A stretch of 32,000 nt of DNA from a bacterium (GCA_963624325.1 CAVFPH010000006.1:581-32580); one strand, 5' to 3'. Positions 1 to 9,053 are shown, numbered from the stretch's first letter. The notes: a model not told the origin generated them from the sequence alone. Numbers and translations: made by a program.

Positions 1-1
1 T

Positions 2-1297
2 GCCCGCGGGGGTCTGATCCGCGTGCGCGAGTTTACGATGAAGGATGCCTATTCCTTCCATACCTCCCAGGCCGATCTGGAAAAATACTATGACCGCTGC
101 TATCACGCCTATGAGCGCATTTTTGCCCGCTGCGGCGTGCCTGAGGTGGTGGCCGTCAAGTCCGACAGCGGCATGATGGGCGGCAATATCTCCCATGAAT
201 TCATGCTGCTGACCGATATCGGCGAGGATACCATCGTGACCTGCCCCGAATGCGGATACCGCTCCAACATGGAGGCGGCTGACTGCGTGGTGGTAAACGA
301 AAAGATCGGCGAAGCCCCCCTTACCAAGGTGGCGACGCCCGATCAGAAGACCATTGAGGATGTGTGCGCCTTCCTGCATGCCGGTGCCGAGAATTCCGTC
401 AAGGCGGTTGTATACCAGGAGAACCTGACGGACAAGTATATTGTGGTGTTCGTCCGCGGCGATCTGGAAGTAAACGAGACCAAGCTGCGCAACTTTGTGG
501 GGTGCGAAATCCATCCTGCCGATATCACCGAGGAGAGCGGCATTGTAAAGGGCTTTATCGGCCCTGTCAACTTTAAGGGCAATGCGCGCGTGCTGTTTGA
601 TAAATCCCTGGACGGCACCGACAACCTGGTCTGCGGCGCCAATGAAGAGGGCTATCACTACACCGGGCTGAACCTTGAGCGCGATGTAAAGGTGGAATCC
701 TTCTGCGATGTGGCCAAGCCCGTTGCGGGCGGCATCTGCCCCGTGTGCGGCAAGCACAGCATCAGCATCAGCCGCGGCATTGAGGTGGGCAACATCTTCC
801 AGCTGGGCACCAAGTATTCCCATACCATGGGATTGCAGTACCAGACCAAGGATGGCGGCCTGGTGGATGTCATCATGGGCTGCTACGGCATCGGCGTGGG
901 CCGTCTGTGCGCCTCCGTCTGCGAGGTACGCCATGATGATTACGGCCCCATCTGGCCCATCAGCATTGCGCCCTGGCAGGTGCATCTGTGCGCCATGCGC
1001 GCCGATAAGCCCGAGGTACGCGAGGCTGCCGATGCGCTCTACGAAAAGCTTCAAAAGGCCGGCGTAGAGGTGATTTACGATGACCGCAGCGTCAGCGCGG
1101 GCGTCATGTTCTCGGATGCCGATCTGCTGGGCGTGCCTGTGCGCGTGATCGTAAGCCCCAAGACCTTGGCGCGCGGCGCGGTGGAGATTGCCGCCCGCGA
1201 TAAGTCCTTCCGCCGGGATGCCGCGCTGGATGGCGCCTGCGAGGAAATCAAGGGCATTGTGGCGGATATGCTCTCCCAGCTCAACCCCGCCGAATAA
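2..1297 (+). CDS. proS: Prolyl-tRNA synthetase, C-terminal ~431 codons (5' end lies upstream of the window)
   Basis: The frame is open from base 2. ARGGLIRVREFTMKDAYSFH matches the class II motif-2 region of bacterial ProRS. Later signatures are GNIFQLGTKYS, GCYGIGVGR (motif 3) and a C-terminal anticodon-binding-like domain. The stop at 1295-1297 is followed by a terminator hairpin. Confidence 0.9.
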   Translation, partial: ARGGLIRVREFTMKDAYSFHTSQADLEKYYDRCYHAYERIFARCGVPEVVAVKSDSGMMGGNISHEFMLLTDIGEDTIVTCPECGYRSNMEAADCVVVNEKIGEAPLTKVATPDQKTIEDVCAFLHAGAENSVKAVVYQENLTDKYIVVFVRGDLEVNETKLRNFVGCEIHPADITEESGIVKGFIGPVNFKGNARVLFDKSLDGTDNLVCGANEEGYHYTGLNLERDVKVESFCDVAKPVAGGICPVCGKHSISISRGIEVGNIFQLGTKYSHTMGLQYQTKDGGLVDVIMGCYGIGVGRLCASVCEVRHDDYGPIWPISIAPWQVHLCAMRADKPEVREAADALYEKLQKAGVEVIYDDRSVSAGVMFSDADLLGVPVRVIVSPKTLARGAVEIAARDKSFRRDAALDGACEEIKGIVADMLSQLNPAE

Positions 1298-1314
1298 AAC
1301 TGCAGAAAAGGAAA

Positions 1315-1352
1315 CGCTCTCTTTGGTTTCACACCAAGGAGAGCGCTTTTTT
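1315..1352. terminator. Intrinsic terminator between convergent proS and deoC (probably bidirectional)
   Basis: The stem pairs CGCTCTCTTTGG (1315-1326) with CCAAGGAGAGCG (1334-1345), giving 12 bp with one G-U pair. The loop is TTTCACA and a T6 run follows at 1347-1352. On the other strand the same hairpin is followed by TTTCCTTTTC. Confidence 0.6.
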
Positions 1353-1369
1353 GCGTGTATTTCGGGATT

Positions 1370-2080
1370 TTATTCCGCACTTTCGGGCATTGCTAGGGTG
1401 CCTTCGGCCTCGCGGCGGAGGGCCTCCGCCATGATGGCCTCGGTGGCCGATACGCCGCAGCGCGCCGCGCCGGCGGCACGGCAGGCAAGCACGGTATCCA
1501 GATTGCGGATGCCGCCGCTGGCCTTTACGCGGACATGATCGGAAACCGTTTTGCGCATCAGCGCCACATCGGCAATCTTGGCGCCGGCGGTGCCATAGCC
1601 CGTGCTGGTCTTTACAAAGTCCGCCCCGGCGGCCTCGCTCAGTTGGCAGGCCTTTACCTTTTGCTCATCGCTTAAGTAGCAGGTTTCGATGATGACCTTC
1701 AAAATGGCATCCTGATCGTGGCACAGATCGGCCAGCGCCTTGATTTCGCGCTCCACATAGTCATAATCCCCGCCCAGCATGCGGCCGATATTGATGACCA
1801 TGTCCAGCTCCCGGCAGCCGTCCTCCAGCGCGCGGGCAGCCTCCATGGCCTTGATTTCCATGGTGTGCGCGCCGTGCGGGAAACCGATTACCGTGCAGGG
1901 GAGCACGCCTGTGCCATTTAGCATCGGCACGACGATTTCCATATCCTGCGGCCGTGCGCACACGGTGGCCGTGCCGTACTTGATGGCAATTTCGCAGCCG
2001 TGGCGGATGTCCTTTTCGGTCAGATAGGGCTGCAGGGTGCTGTGATCCAGCATCTTGGCGATATCATGGGAAGTAAGCAT
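1370..2080 (-). CDS. deoC: Deoxyribose-phosphate aldolase
   Basis: The 236-aa product has DeoC signatures: LDHSTLQP near the N-terminus, LKVIIET, and the Schiff-base lysine context FVKTSTGY. I chose the ATG at 2080 (MLTSHD...) because GAAGGAGG sits 8 nt upstream. The ORF-track start at 2098 lies inside that SD. Confidence 0.85.
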   Translation of the reverse strand: MLTSHDIAKMLDHSTLQPYLTEKDIRHGCEIAIKYGTATVCARPQDMEIVVPMLNGTGVLPCTVIGFPHGAHTMEIKAMEAARALEDGCRELDMVINIGRMLGGDYDYVEREIKALADLCHDQDAILKVIIETCYLSDEQKVKACQLSEAAGADFVKTSTGYGTAGAKIADVALMRKTVSDHVRVKASGGIRNLDTVLACRAAGAARCGVSATEAIMAEALRREAEGTLAMPESAE

Positions 2081-2100
2081 AATGATGACCTCCTTCACAA

Positions 2101-3282
2101 TTAAACATTCTTGAAAAACGCGCTGCCGTCGGCGTGACGGAGCACGCCCATCTCATCAAATTCCAGCTTTTCGGGCTTGTCCCCCTGCAGATAGCGCAGG
2201 ATTTCGTCCATGCGGACGGACTCCTGAAAGCTCATCAGCGTAAAGGCCACGCCGTGGCGCTTGGCACGGCCCGTGCGGCCGATGCGGTGGGTGTAATACT
2301 CATTTTCCTGGGGCAGGTCATAGTTGATGACGGCCTCGACATCATCGACATCAATGCCGCGCGCGGCCACATCCGTGCAGACCAGGATGGGGAACTTGCC
2401 GTGCTTAAAGTCGTTCATCACCTTGGTGCGCTTGCTTTGGGGGATATCGCCGTGGATGCATTGGGCATCGTAGCCTTTCTTCTGCAAAAAGGTGCACAGC
2501 CGATCGGTCATGAACTTGGTGTTGGTAAAAATGATGATGCGGTGGTATTCATCGGCATCCAGCAGGTAGAGCAGGCGCTCTTCCTTGCTTTGCCGGTCGG
2601 CCTCGATAATGTACTGCGTAATCTGCGGCTTGTTTTCGGCCACGGCTTCCACCGTGATTTCCAGGGGCTGATACTGATATTTCCAGCTGATGGTCATCAC
2701 ATCCTGGTTGGTGGTGGCCGAGAACATGACCAGCTGACGGCTGCGCGGGGTAGCCTCGATGATGGCGGTTACGTCCTTCACAAAGCCCATTTTGAGCATT
2801 TCATCGGCTTCGTCAATGACCATGGTATGCACCCCGTCCAGACGCGCCATGCCGCGGTGCATCATATCCAGCATGCGCCCGGGGGTAGCCACCACAATCT
2901 GCGGCTTGCGCTTGAGCTGCTGAATCTGCTTGGGGATGGGCTGGCCGCCGTAGAGGGTGGCGATGCGGGCCTGCGGGATATAGCGCGCCAGGGCGGAAAG
3001 CTCCTGGGCAATCTGCACGGCAAGCTCGCGGGTGGGGGCAAGCACCAGCTCCTGAATGCAGTCCTCCTTTAATTGCAGGTATTCCAGCATCGGGATGCCG
3101 AAAGCGCAGGTTTTGCCTGTGCCTGTCGGGGCAATGGCGATGACATCATTGCCCTCCATCATGGCGGGAATGGTGCGGGCCTGGATGGGGGTCATGGCGG
3201 TAAAACCCATTTTTTCAACCGCGCGCAGCACCTCGCCGGACAGATCCAGCGAGTCAAAACGTATTGCTTCAGTTTCTGACAC
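2101..3282 (-). CDS. DEAD-box ATP-dependent RNA helicase
   Basis: Helicase motifs are present: Q-motif region (FTAMTPIQ), motif I APTGTGKT, motif II VIDEADEM, motif III SAT and motif VI HRIGRTGR. The gene has a GTG start with GAAAGG upstream and lies 20 nt upstream of deoC on the same strand. Confidence 0.9.
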   Translation of the reverse strand: MSETEAIRFDSLDLSGEVLRAVEKMGFTAMTPIQARTIPAMMEGNDVIAIAPTGTGKTCAFGIPMLEYLQLKEDCIQELVLAPTRELAVQIAQELSALARYIPQARIATLYGGQPIPKQIQQLKRKPQIVVATPGRMLDMMHRGMARLDGVHTMVIDEADEMLKMGFVKDVTAIIEATPRSRQLVMFSATTNQDVMTISWKYQYQPLEITVEAVAENKPQITQYIIEADRQSKEERLLYLLDADEYHRIIIFTNTKFMTDRLCTFLQKKGYDAQCIHGDIPQSKRTKVMNDFKHGKFPILVCTDVAARGIDVDDVEAVINYDLPQENEYYTHRIGRTGRAKRHGVAFTLMSFQESVRMDEILRYLQGDKPEKLEFDEMGVLRHADGSAFFKNV

Positions 3283-3303
3283 GAAATTTGCCTTTCTTTT
3301 TGA

Positions 3304-4644
3304 TTAGTTGTTGTTATTATCGCTTTCGATCAGCCCGCGCATCTGCGCCAGCTGCACAATGCCCTCCACCATGCCCTGCGCCAGGCGCTGCTGATAGACG
3401 GGGTGGGAAAGCAGATAGTCTTCTTCCATGGTGCTCATGTAGCCCATTTCCACCAGGAAAGAGGGCATTTTGGACCAGTTGTTGCCGACATAGCTGTTAT
3501 TGAGCGTGCAGCCGCCCTCGGTTTGGCCGGTCGCGGCCTTGAGCGCGGAAAGCAGGGTATTTCCCATGGCGCGGTAGGTATCGGTATCGGCCACTTCCAC
3601 GGCGTAGGAGGAGGTATAGGGGCAGTAAATTTGAATGCCCTTTGCCCACTTGTTGCCCGAATTGCAGTGCAGGCGCAGCACAAAATCCGCCTCGGCGTTG
3701 TTGGGAATTTCCGCCCGCTCCAGCATGCCGACAAAGGTATTCTGCGTTTCGCGGGTCATAACCACGGTGGCGCCCTCCTTCAGCAGCAGATCCCGCAGCA
3801 CAATGCCGACCTCCAGGGTGACAATGGATTCCTTGCGGCCCGTCGCCACGCCCTTGGCGCTGCCGACGCGGGTGGTCACCTTTTCGGAAATGTTGGGGGC
3901 ACGATCCACGGTTTCAATCTGCGTTTTCCGCTGATGGCCGGGGTCAATGCACACAGTCACGCCGCTCAGACGTCCCTCCGCCGCCGGCTCCGCGGCCGCG
4001 GGCATCTCCAGATACGTGCTCAGGGTGTCGCCCTCATAGAGGATCAGGCCTTTGGTGGCGTTGCTGATGCGGATGAACATATAGTCGTCATTGTAGGTAT
4101 AGCGCATGGGCAGGGTGCCCTCGTAGTGCCAGTTTTCATCGGTAAAGAGGGGCAATTCGTGCTTTTCCTGCGCCGTGCGGCAGCGCAGATAAAGCTGCGT
4201 GTGGCCGGGCGCATCAAAGCTGTAGTGCAGGCCCTCGCCGTCGTAGGTCAGCACCAGGTTCTGCGCGGAGGCCGCCCTTTTGCTGTATTCGGGCAAATTG
4301 TCCGAAACGGCGGGATAATCCGCCGGGACGGTGGCAGCTGTGCAGGAGGCAAGCTCTTTGCCGGCCAGGGTGCTGACCTTGATGGTCAGCCGCTTGGCAT
4401 CGTAGGTGGCGGGCAGATCGCAATCGCCAGAGAATGCGCCGTCCTCGCTGTACAAAACCATTTCGCCGGAGTCGTCCTCTGTGCTGTATTCCGCAAAGAC
4501 AAACCGATAATCGGCGTTCGTGTAGGTAAAGTGCGCCGTATGAGCCGACACCGCTACCTGGATGGAAGGGGCCGTTTCAGCCATGCTCCCCAGCGGAAAA
4601 ACCATCAGTGCAGCCAACAAAAGGACCAACCAACGCTTTGCCAT
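3304..4644 (-). CDS. Secreted N-acetylmuramoyl-L-alanine amidase (Amidase_3 catalytic domain) with an uncharacterised ~200-aa N-terminal domain
   Basis: There is an N-terminal signal peptide (MAKRWLVLLLAALMVFPLGSMAE). The C-terminal half carries Amidase_3 signatures: CIDPGHQ, ADFVLRLHCNS and SFLVEMGYMS. The ATG at 4644 is preceded by GGAGG with a 6-nt spacer. Confidence 0.85.
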   Translation of the reverse strand: MAKRWLVLLLAALMVFPLGSMAETAPSIQVAVSAHTAHFTYTNADYRFVFAEYSTEDDSGEMVLYSEDGAFSGDCDLPATYDAKRLTIKVSTLAGKELASCTAATVPADYPAVSDNLPEYSKRAASAQNLVLTYDGEGLHYSFDAPGHTQLYLRCRTAQEKHELPLFTDENWHYEGTLPMRYTYNDDYMFIRISNATKGLILYEGDTLSTYLEMPAAAEPAAEGRLSGVTVCIDPGHQRKTQIETVDRAPNISEKVTTRVGSAKGVATGRKESIVTLEVGIVLRDLLLKEGATVVMTRETQNTFVGMLERAEIPNNAEADFVLRLHCNSGNKWAKGIQIYCPYTSSYAVEVADTDTYRAMGNTLLSALKAATGQTEGGCTLNNSYVGNNWSKMPSFLVEMGYMSTMEEDYLLSHPVYQQRLAQGMVEGIVQLAQMRGLIESDNNNN

Positions 4645-4680
4645 ACAAAACCTCCGCATACATCATTCGGCATTCGGATT

Positions 4681-4710
4681 ATTATACCTTTATGCATTTT
4701 TGCCTGTCAA
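4681..4710 (-). promoter_or_regulatory. Sigma-70-like promoter for the amidase-helicase-deoC operon
   Basis: Minus strand reads TTGACA (4710-4705), an 18-nt spacer, then TATAAT (4686-4681). Both hexamers match consensus, about 35 nt upstream of the amidase start. Confidence 0.5.
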
Positions 4711-4749
4711 GTGCTCGCAAAGGTTTTTGGCATAACAATGAAGAAAATA

Positions 4750-4789
4750 TGGTATAATCTTGACAAAAAACGGAATATTGTACTATGAT
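4750..4789 (+). promoter_or_regulatory. Candidate tandem promoters for the coiled-coil / membrane protein pair
   Basis: An extended -10 TGGTATAAT lies at 4750-4758. Immediately after it comes TTGACA (4760-4765), an 18-nt spacer and TATGAT (4784-4789). Confidence 0.4.
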
Positions 4790-4828
4790 TAACCTGCAAA
4801 TTAAGATCAGAACAGGAGAACTGCCGCA

Positions 4829-5614
4829 ATGAAAAAAGCTGTGTGCGCAATCCTTTGCCTGCTGCTGGCCGCTGCGCTGGGCGGAGCGGGATATTTTTAT
4901 ATGCAGATGAACACCCTGAAAAAAGACAATGCGCTTTTGAGCACGCAGGCGCGGCAGCAGGAGGAAAGCATTGCCTCCCTGACCGAAGAGGCCAAGGAGA
5001 ATGCCGCCCAGATATCGGCCATGAATGAAGCAGCGGCGGAAAAGGATTCCGAATTGTCCTCCCTTCGCGCCGCCATGCAGGAAAAGGAAAACAGCCTGGA
5101 TCAGGTGACGGAGGAGCTGACGGCGGCCAAAGCGGAAACCGAACAGCTGAAAAATGAAAAGGACGAACTGCAGACCCTGCAGGAGGGCGCACAGGCATCC
5201 CTGACGCAGGCCCTTGCGGATTATGAACAGTTAAAGCAGCAGTATGAGGCACGGGCAGCCGAGCTGGAGGATGCCAACACCCGCGCGCAGAACGCGGCGG
5301 ATGCCCAAAAGGCCGCCGAGGATGAGCGGGATGCCCTTCAAACGGCGCTGAGCGAAAAGGAAAGCGAATATCAGGCCGAGACGGCGGAATTGAATGCCCG
5401 GCTGAGCGAAAAGACGGAGGAGAACGCATCGCTCCTTGCCGATCACACGGCGGTTGTGCAGACCATCAATGATGCCGAGCAGGCGTTTTCGGCCTTTGCG
5501 GCCAAGATTGATGCCTGGCGCGAGGCGGGCGGCAGCAATCCGCTGGCGGTGGGGCTGCTGAAGCCTTTCACCGACTTTGTGGAGGAAATGCGCGGCATCC
5601 TCACCCATGAATAA
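4829..5614 (+). CDS. Membrane-anchored coiled-coil protein, function unknown
   Basis: The RBS is AGGAG, 9 nt upstream of the ATG. The N-terminus has a hydrophobic anchor (AVCAILCLLLAAALGGAGYFY). About 200 aa of E/A/K/Q/L-rich sequence typical of a coiled coil follows. I recognise no family. Confidence 0.6.
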   Translation: MKKAVCAILCLLLAAALGGAGYFYMQMNTLKKDNALLSTQARQQEESIASLTEEAKENAAQISAMNEAAAEKDSELSSLRAAMQEKENSLDQVTEELTAAKAETEQLKNEKDELQTLQEGAQASLTQALADYEQLKQQYEARAAELEDANTRAQNAADAQKAAEDERDALQTALSEKESEYQAETAELNARLSEKTEENASLLADHTAVVQTINDAEQAFSAFAAKIDAWREAGGSNPLAVGLLKPFTDFVEEMRGILTHE

Positions 5615-5643
5615 ACCGGCTGACAGCAACAGGAGTGAACACC

Positions 5644-6438
5644 ATGCGTGCGACAATCGAATGCTATATCCTGCTCTTTTTCGTTACGGCGATGCTGGGA
5701 TGGGTGATGGAGGTTACCTGCAAGCTGATCCAGTTCCATCGCTTTATCAACCGCGGCTTTCTGATTGGGCCGTACTGCCCCATTTACGGGTTCGGATCGG
5801 TGCTGATTACCCTGCTTTTGTCCCGGTATGCCCAGTCCCCGGCGGTTGTATTCCTGATGGGGATGGTCATATGCGGCACCCTGGAATACCTGACCAGTTA
5901 CCTGATGGAAAAACTGTTCCATGCCAGGTGGTGGGATTACAGCCAGAAGCGCTTTAACCTAAACGGCCGTGTCTGCGCCAATACATTGATTCCTTTCGGC
6001 CTGCTGGGCCTTGGCATCATTTACGGGGTAAAGCCCTTTCTGTTTGGCATATTCGCCCTGATTCCGCAGACAACCATGGATGTCCTGTGCGCCGCGCTGC
6101 TGGCCGCCATCCTGACTGATGCGGTGATTTCCACTACGGTGCTGGGCAAGATCCGCCATACGGCCGAACTGACCGGCGGGGATGATACCGAGACGCTGAC
6201 AAAGTCCGTCCGCGATGCCCTCCTGCGCCAGGGCGCGCTGGTGCGCCGTACCCTGCGCGCCTTCCCGTATGCAAAGCTGTACAATAAATCCCTGCTTAAA
6301 ATGCTGCGTAAGCGCAGGCAGGAACTGAAACGGGAAATCCGCGCAAAGGAGCAGCGCGTGCATGATGAGATCATGCAGCGTGAGGAAGCGCTGCGTGCCG
6401 AACTGAAAAAGCGGAAGATGCAGAAAAACAAACAATGA
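5644..6438 (+). CDS. Polytopic membrane protein of the 'putative ABC-transporter type IV' family (PF06541-like, from memory) with a basic coiled C-terminal tail
   Basis: GWVMEVTCKLIQFHRFINRGFLIGPYCPIYGFGSVLI matches my memory of the family signature (GW..E....NRGFL.GP.CPIYGFG). The ATG at 5644 has AGGAG 8 nt upstream, whereas the ORF-track GTG at 5635 overlaps that SD. Confidence 0.65.
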   Translation: MRATIECYILLFFVTAMLGWVMEVTCKLIQFHRFINRGFLIGPYCPIYGFGSVLITLLLSRYAQSPAVVFLMGMVICGTLEYLTSYLMEKLFHARWWDYSQKRFNLNGRVCANTLIPFGLLGLGIIYGVKPFLFGIFALIPQTTMDVLCAALLAAILTDAVISTTVLGKIRHTAELTGGDDTETLTKSVRDALLRQGALVRRTLRAFPYAKLYNKSLLKMLRKRRQELKREIRAKEQRVHDEIMQREEALRAELKKRKMQKNKQ

Positions 6439-6462
6439 TGCGGTGAATGCGGAAACAATGTA

Positions 6463-6496
6463 TTTGGCCGATGGCAATGCCGTCGGCCAAATTTTG
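6463..6496 (+). terminator. Intrinsic terminator after the membrane-protein gene
   Basis: TTTGGCCGATGG (6463-6474) pairs with CCGTCGGCCAAA (6480-6491), giving 12 bp with one G-U pair. The loop is CAATG and TTTT follows. Confidence 0.5.
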
Positions 6497-6497
6497 C

Positions 6498-6526
6498 TTG
6501 CAATCCGGAACATCTTGCGGTATGAT
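6498..6526 (+). promoter_or_regulatory. Sigma-70-like promoter for MATE transporter 1
   Basis: TTGCAA (6498-6503), a 17-nt spacer, then TATGAT (6521-6526). Confidence 0.4.
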
Positions 6527-6569
6527 TTATCTGTGGTTTTTTGCCACTGTTTAAGCCGGGGGTGGTTTC

Positions 6570-7952
6570 ATGCGCATTGAAAGAAGCACCGATATGACGC
6601 AGGGCACAATCTGGAAACAGCTGCTGTCCTTTGCCGCGCCCATGCTGCTGGGACTGATTTTTCAGCAGATGTACAACACGGTGGACTCGATTGTGGTGGG
6701 CAATTACGTAAGCCCGCAGGCACTGGCGGCTGTTGGGACAACGGGACCGCTGATTAATACGCTCCTTGGCTTTTTTAACGGCTTTTCCACCGGCGCTACC
6801 GTGGTGATTGCCCGCGCCTACGGGGCCAAAGATCGGCAGGACGTGCATGACGCCGTGCATACTACCATCCTGACCACCTGCCTGCTGGCCATCCTGCTTA
6901 CCGTTCTGGGCGTTTACCTGACTCCCTACCTGCTGCGCCTGATGAAAACGCCTGATGACGTGCTGCAGGACGCCTCCGTTTACCTGCGCATCTATTTTAT
7001 GGGCGTATCCGGGCTGATGCTCTACAACATGGGCGCGGGCATCCTGCGCGCGGTAGGGGACAGCCGCCGTCCGCTGTATTTCCTGATCTTTTCGGCCATT
7101 GTCAATACCGTGGGCGATTTAACCTTTGTGCTGGTCTTCCATATGGGCGTGGACGGTGTGGCCTACGCAACCATCCTGGCCCAGGCGCTCTCGGCCATCC
7201 TGGTACTGTATGTGCTGGCCCGCTCAAACGCTTCCTACAAGCTGTATTTCGGCAAGCTGCGCATCAAAATGCCCGTGCTGCGGCGCATCATCAGTATTGG
7301 CCTGCCCACCGCCCTGCAGGGCGCCATTACGGCGTTTTCCAATGTTTTCGTGCAGTCCTATATCAACGCTTACGGCTCGGCCTGCGCGGCGGGATGGAGC
7401 GTATACGCGAAGCTTGACCAGTTTGCCCTGCTGCCGCAGCAATCCCTGAGCGCCGCCAACACAACCTTTGTCGGGCAGAACTTGGGCGCGGGCAATATTC
7501 CCCGTGCCAAGCGCGGCACGCGCACGGCGCTGCTGATGAGCGGCTGCTGCACCTGCTGCCTGATGATCCCCCTGATGGTCTTCGCCCGCCCTCTTCTCAG
7601 CCTGTTTAATCAGGACAGCAATGTGCTCTACTACGGTGCGATGTTTGTCATGTGGTGCTCCCCCTTCTATCTTTTTACCTGCGTAAACGATATCCTGGGC
7701 GGCGCGCTGCGCGGCGCGGGGGAGGCCTTTGCCACCATGGTGTGCATGCTCAGCAGCTTTGTGGTCATACGGCAGATTTATCTCTACATCGTGTCCCATG
7801 TTGCCGCCAGCGCCACCTTGATCGGGCTTGGATACCCCCTGGGCTGGGTATGCTGCGCCATCTCCCTGACGGTGTGCTACCGCGTGATTCCCTGGGAGAA
7901 AAAGCAATCCGCGCTGCGCTCGCAGGCGCAGACAGACGGGCAGGACGCTTAA
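6570..7952 (+). CDS. MATE family efflux transporter (paralogue 1)
   Basis: The N-terminus is typical of MATE proteins (IWKQLLSFAAPMLLGLIFQQMYNTVDSIVVGN). The protein is about 12-TM and hydrophobic, with a GDSRRPLYF loop. The start could instead be the ATG at 6594 (MTQGT...). Confidence 0.85.
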   Translation: MRIERSTDMTQGTIWKQLLSFAAPMLLGLIFQQMYNTVDSIVVGNYVSPQALAAVGTTGPLINTLLGFFNGFSTGATVVIARAYGAKDRQDVHDAVHTTILTTCLLAILLTVLGVYLTPYLLRLMKTPDDVLQDASVYLRIYFMGVSGLMLYNMGAGILRAVGDSRRPLYFLIFSAIVNTVGDLTFVLVFHMGVDGVAYATILAQALSAILVLYVLARSNASYKLYFGKLRIKMPVLRRIISIGLPTALQGAITAFSNVFVQSYINAYGSACAAGWSVYAKLDQFALLPQQSLSAANTTFVGQNLGAGNIPRAKRGTRTALLMSGCCTCCLMIPLMVFARPLLSLFNQDSNVLYYGAMFVMWCSPFYLFTCVNDILGGALRGAGEAFATMVCMLSSFVVIRQIYLYIVSHVAASATLIGLGYPLGWVCCAISLTVCYRVIPWEKKQSALRSQAQTDGQDA

Positions 7953-7964
7953 AGGCGGTAAAGT

Positions 7965-7992
7965 TTGCAAAATCAGGCATTTGTGATATACT
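7965..7992 (+). promoter_or_regulatory. Candidate promoter at the head of the long 8035-14606 operon
   Basis: TTGCAA (7965-7970), a 16-nt spacer, then TATACT (7987-7992). A small hairpin, CGGCAA-tatcc-TTGCCG (7999-8015), follows in the leader. Confidence 0.35.
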
Positions 7993-8034
7993 ATGCAGCG
8001 GCAATATCCTTGCCGTGAAAGGAGCTGCTGAAAT

Positions 8035-9033
8035 TTGGGCAGTGCGAAATTCGCCGTATTTGTTGATCTTGAAAATTGCGGTGCAAAGGTTGATACGCTC
8101 AACAACATTCTGGAAAAAGTCAAGATCCGCGGCGACATCCTGCTTGGCAAGGTTTACGGCTATACGGATCGCTTCAGTGATCTCAAGGAAATCCTGCTGT
8201 CAAACACCTTTAATGTGGTTCCCTCCCTGCGCTACGGCGCTGCGCAAAAGAACAATGCCGATATCCTGCTGGTAATTGACGCCCTGAAAACCGCCTATTC
8301 CAACCCGCTGATTGACAGCTTCTGCATTGTATCGGGCGACAGCGACTATGTGCCGTTGGTCGGCACGCTCAAAAGCATGGGCAAGTTTGTGCTGGGCATC
8401 AGCCGCAGCGAGGTAGCCAGCAGCATTTTCATCAACGCCTGCAATGAATTCCAGTTTTTGGAAAGCGTCGGCCCCAGACGGGAAATCCGCGCGAAAGCCA
8501 AGAAATCCGCCATGGAGGATGATACGCAGGATGAAGAGGCCGTCTGCAAGCTGATTGAAAGCATCCTTTCCGAGGCGGAAGAGGATGAAATGTACGCAAG
8601 CGAGCTGAAAGGCGTGCTGCTGCGCCTTCGCCCGCAGTTCAACGAAAAAACCTACGGATGCGCCACGTTCGGAAAACTTCTGGCCAAGCTTTCCGCGCAT
8701 TACGGCACCATCCGCATCCGCAATGACTCCTACAATGTGATGGTATCCCTTGTGCCCGAGGCTGCATCCACCGGCACGCAGGAAAGCCAGCCCCTGCGCC
8801 GCGATACCTGGCAGGCAGCCTTTGCCGCCCAGCTTCAGCGCTATAAGGATGACGGGTTTGAGCGCATCAATCCCTCGATCCTCAAGGCGGATATCATCAG
8901 CAGCTATCCGGACTTTACGGAAAAAAGCATCGGGTTCAAGCGCTTTTCGGATATCCTAAAGCAATTGGAGAAGGACGGAAAGCTGAAGCTGGAGCTCGAT
9001 TCGCAGCGCAATATGCTCATCAAGATGCTGTAA
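8035..9033 (+). CDS. NYN (PIN-like) domain protein with two C-terminal OST-HTH/LOTUS-like domains
   Basis: NYN signatures are FAVFVDLENCG near the N-terminus and IVSGDSDYVPLV. The C-terminal half contains two helical repeats resembling OST-HTH (…ELKGVLLRLRPQFNEKTYGCATFGKLL… and …ILKADIISSYPDFTEKSIGFKRFSDILKQL…). The gene has a TTG start with AAAGGAG 10 nt upstream. Confidence 0.75.
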   Translation: MGSAKFAVFVDLENCGAKVDTLNNILEKVKIRGDILLGKVYGYTDRFSDLKEILLSNTFNVVPSLRYGAAQKNNADILLVIDALKTAYSNPLIDSFCIVSGDSDYVPLVGTLKSMGKFVLGISRSEVASSIFINACNEFQFLESVGPRREIRAKAKKSAMEDDTQDEEAVCKLIESILSEAEEDEMYASELKGVLLRLRPQFNEKTYGCATFGKLLAKLSAHYGTIRIRNDSYNVMVSLVPEAASTGTQESQPLRRDTWQAAFAAQLQRYKDDGFERINPSILKADIISSYPDFTEKSIGFKRFSDILKQLEKDGKLKLELDSQRNMLIKML

Positions 9034-9053
9034 GGGCCAAGAAAGGAGCGCGT

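Noticed and set aside
3403-4788. A 461-aa plus-strand ORF.
   Set aside because: It is antisense to the amidase gene and reads through that gene's promoter region. No family signature is present.
4707-5429. A 240-aa Pro/Arg/Ser-rich minus-strand ORF.
   Set aside because: It is the mirror image of the E/A/K-rich coiled-coil gene. Its composition is exactly what the reverse complement of GAA/GCC/AAG-rich coding sequence produces.
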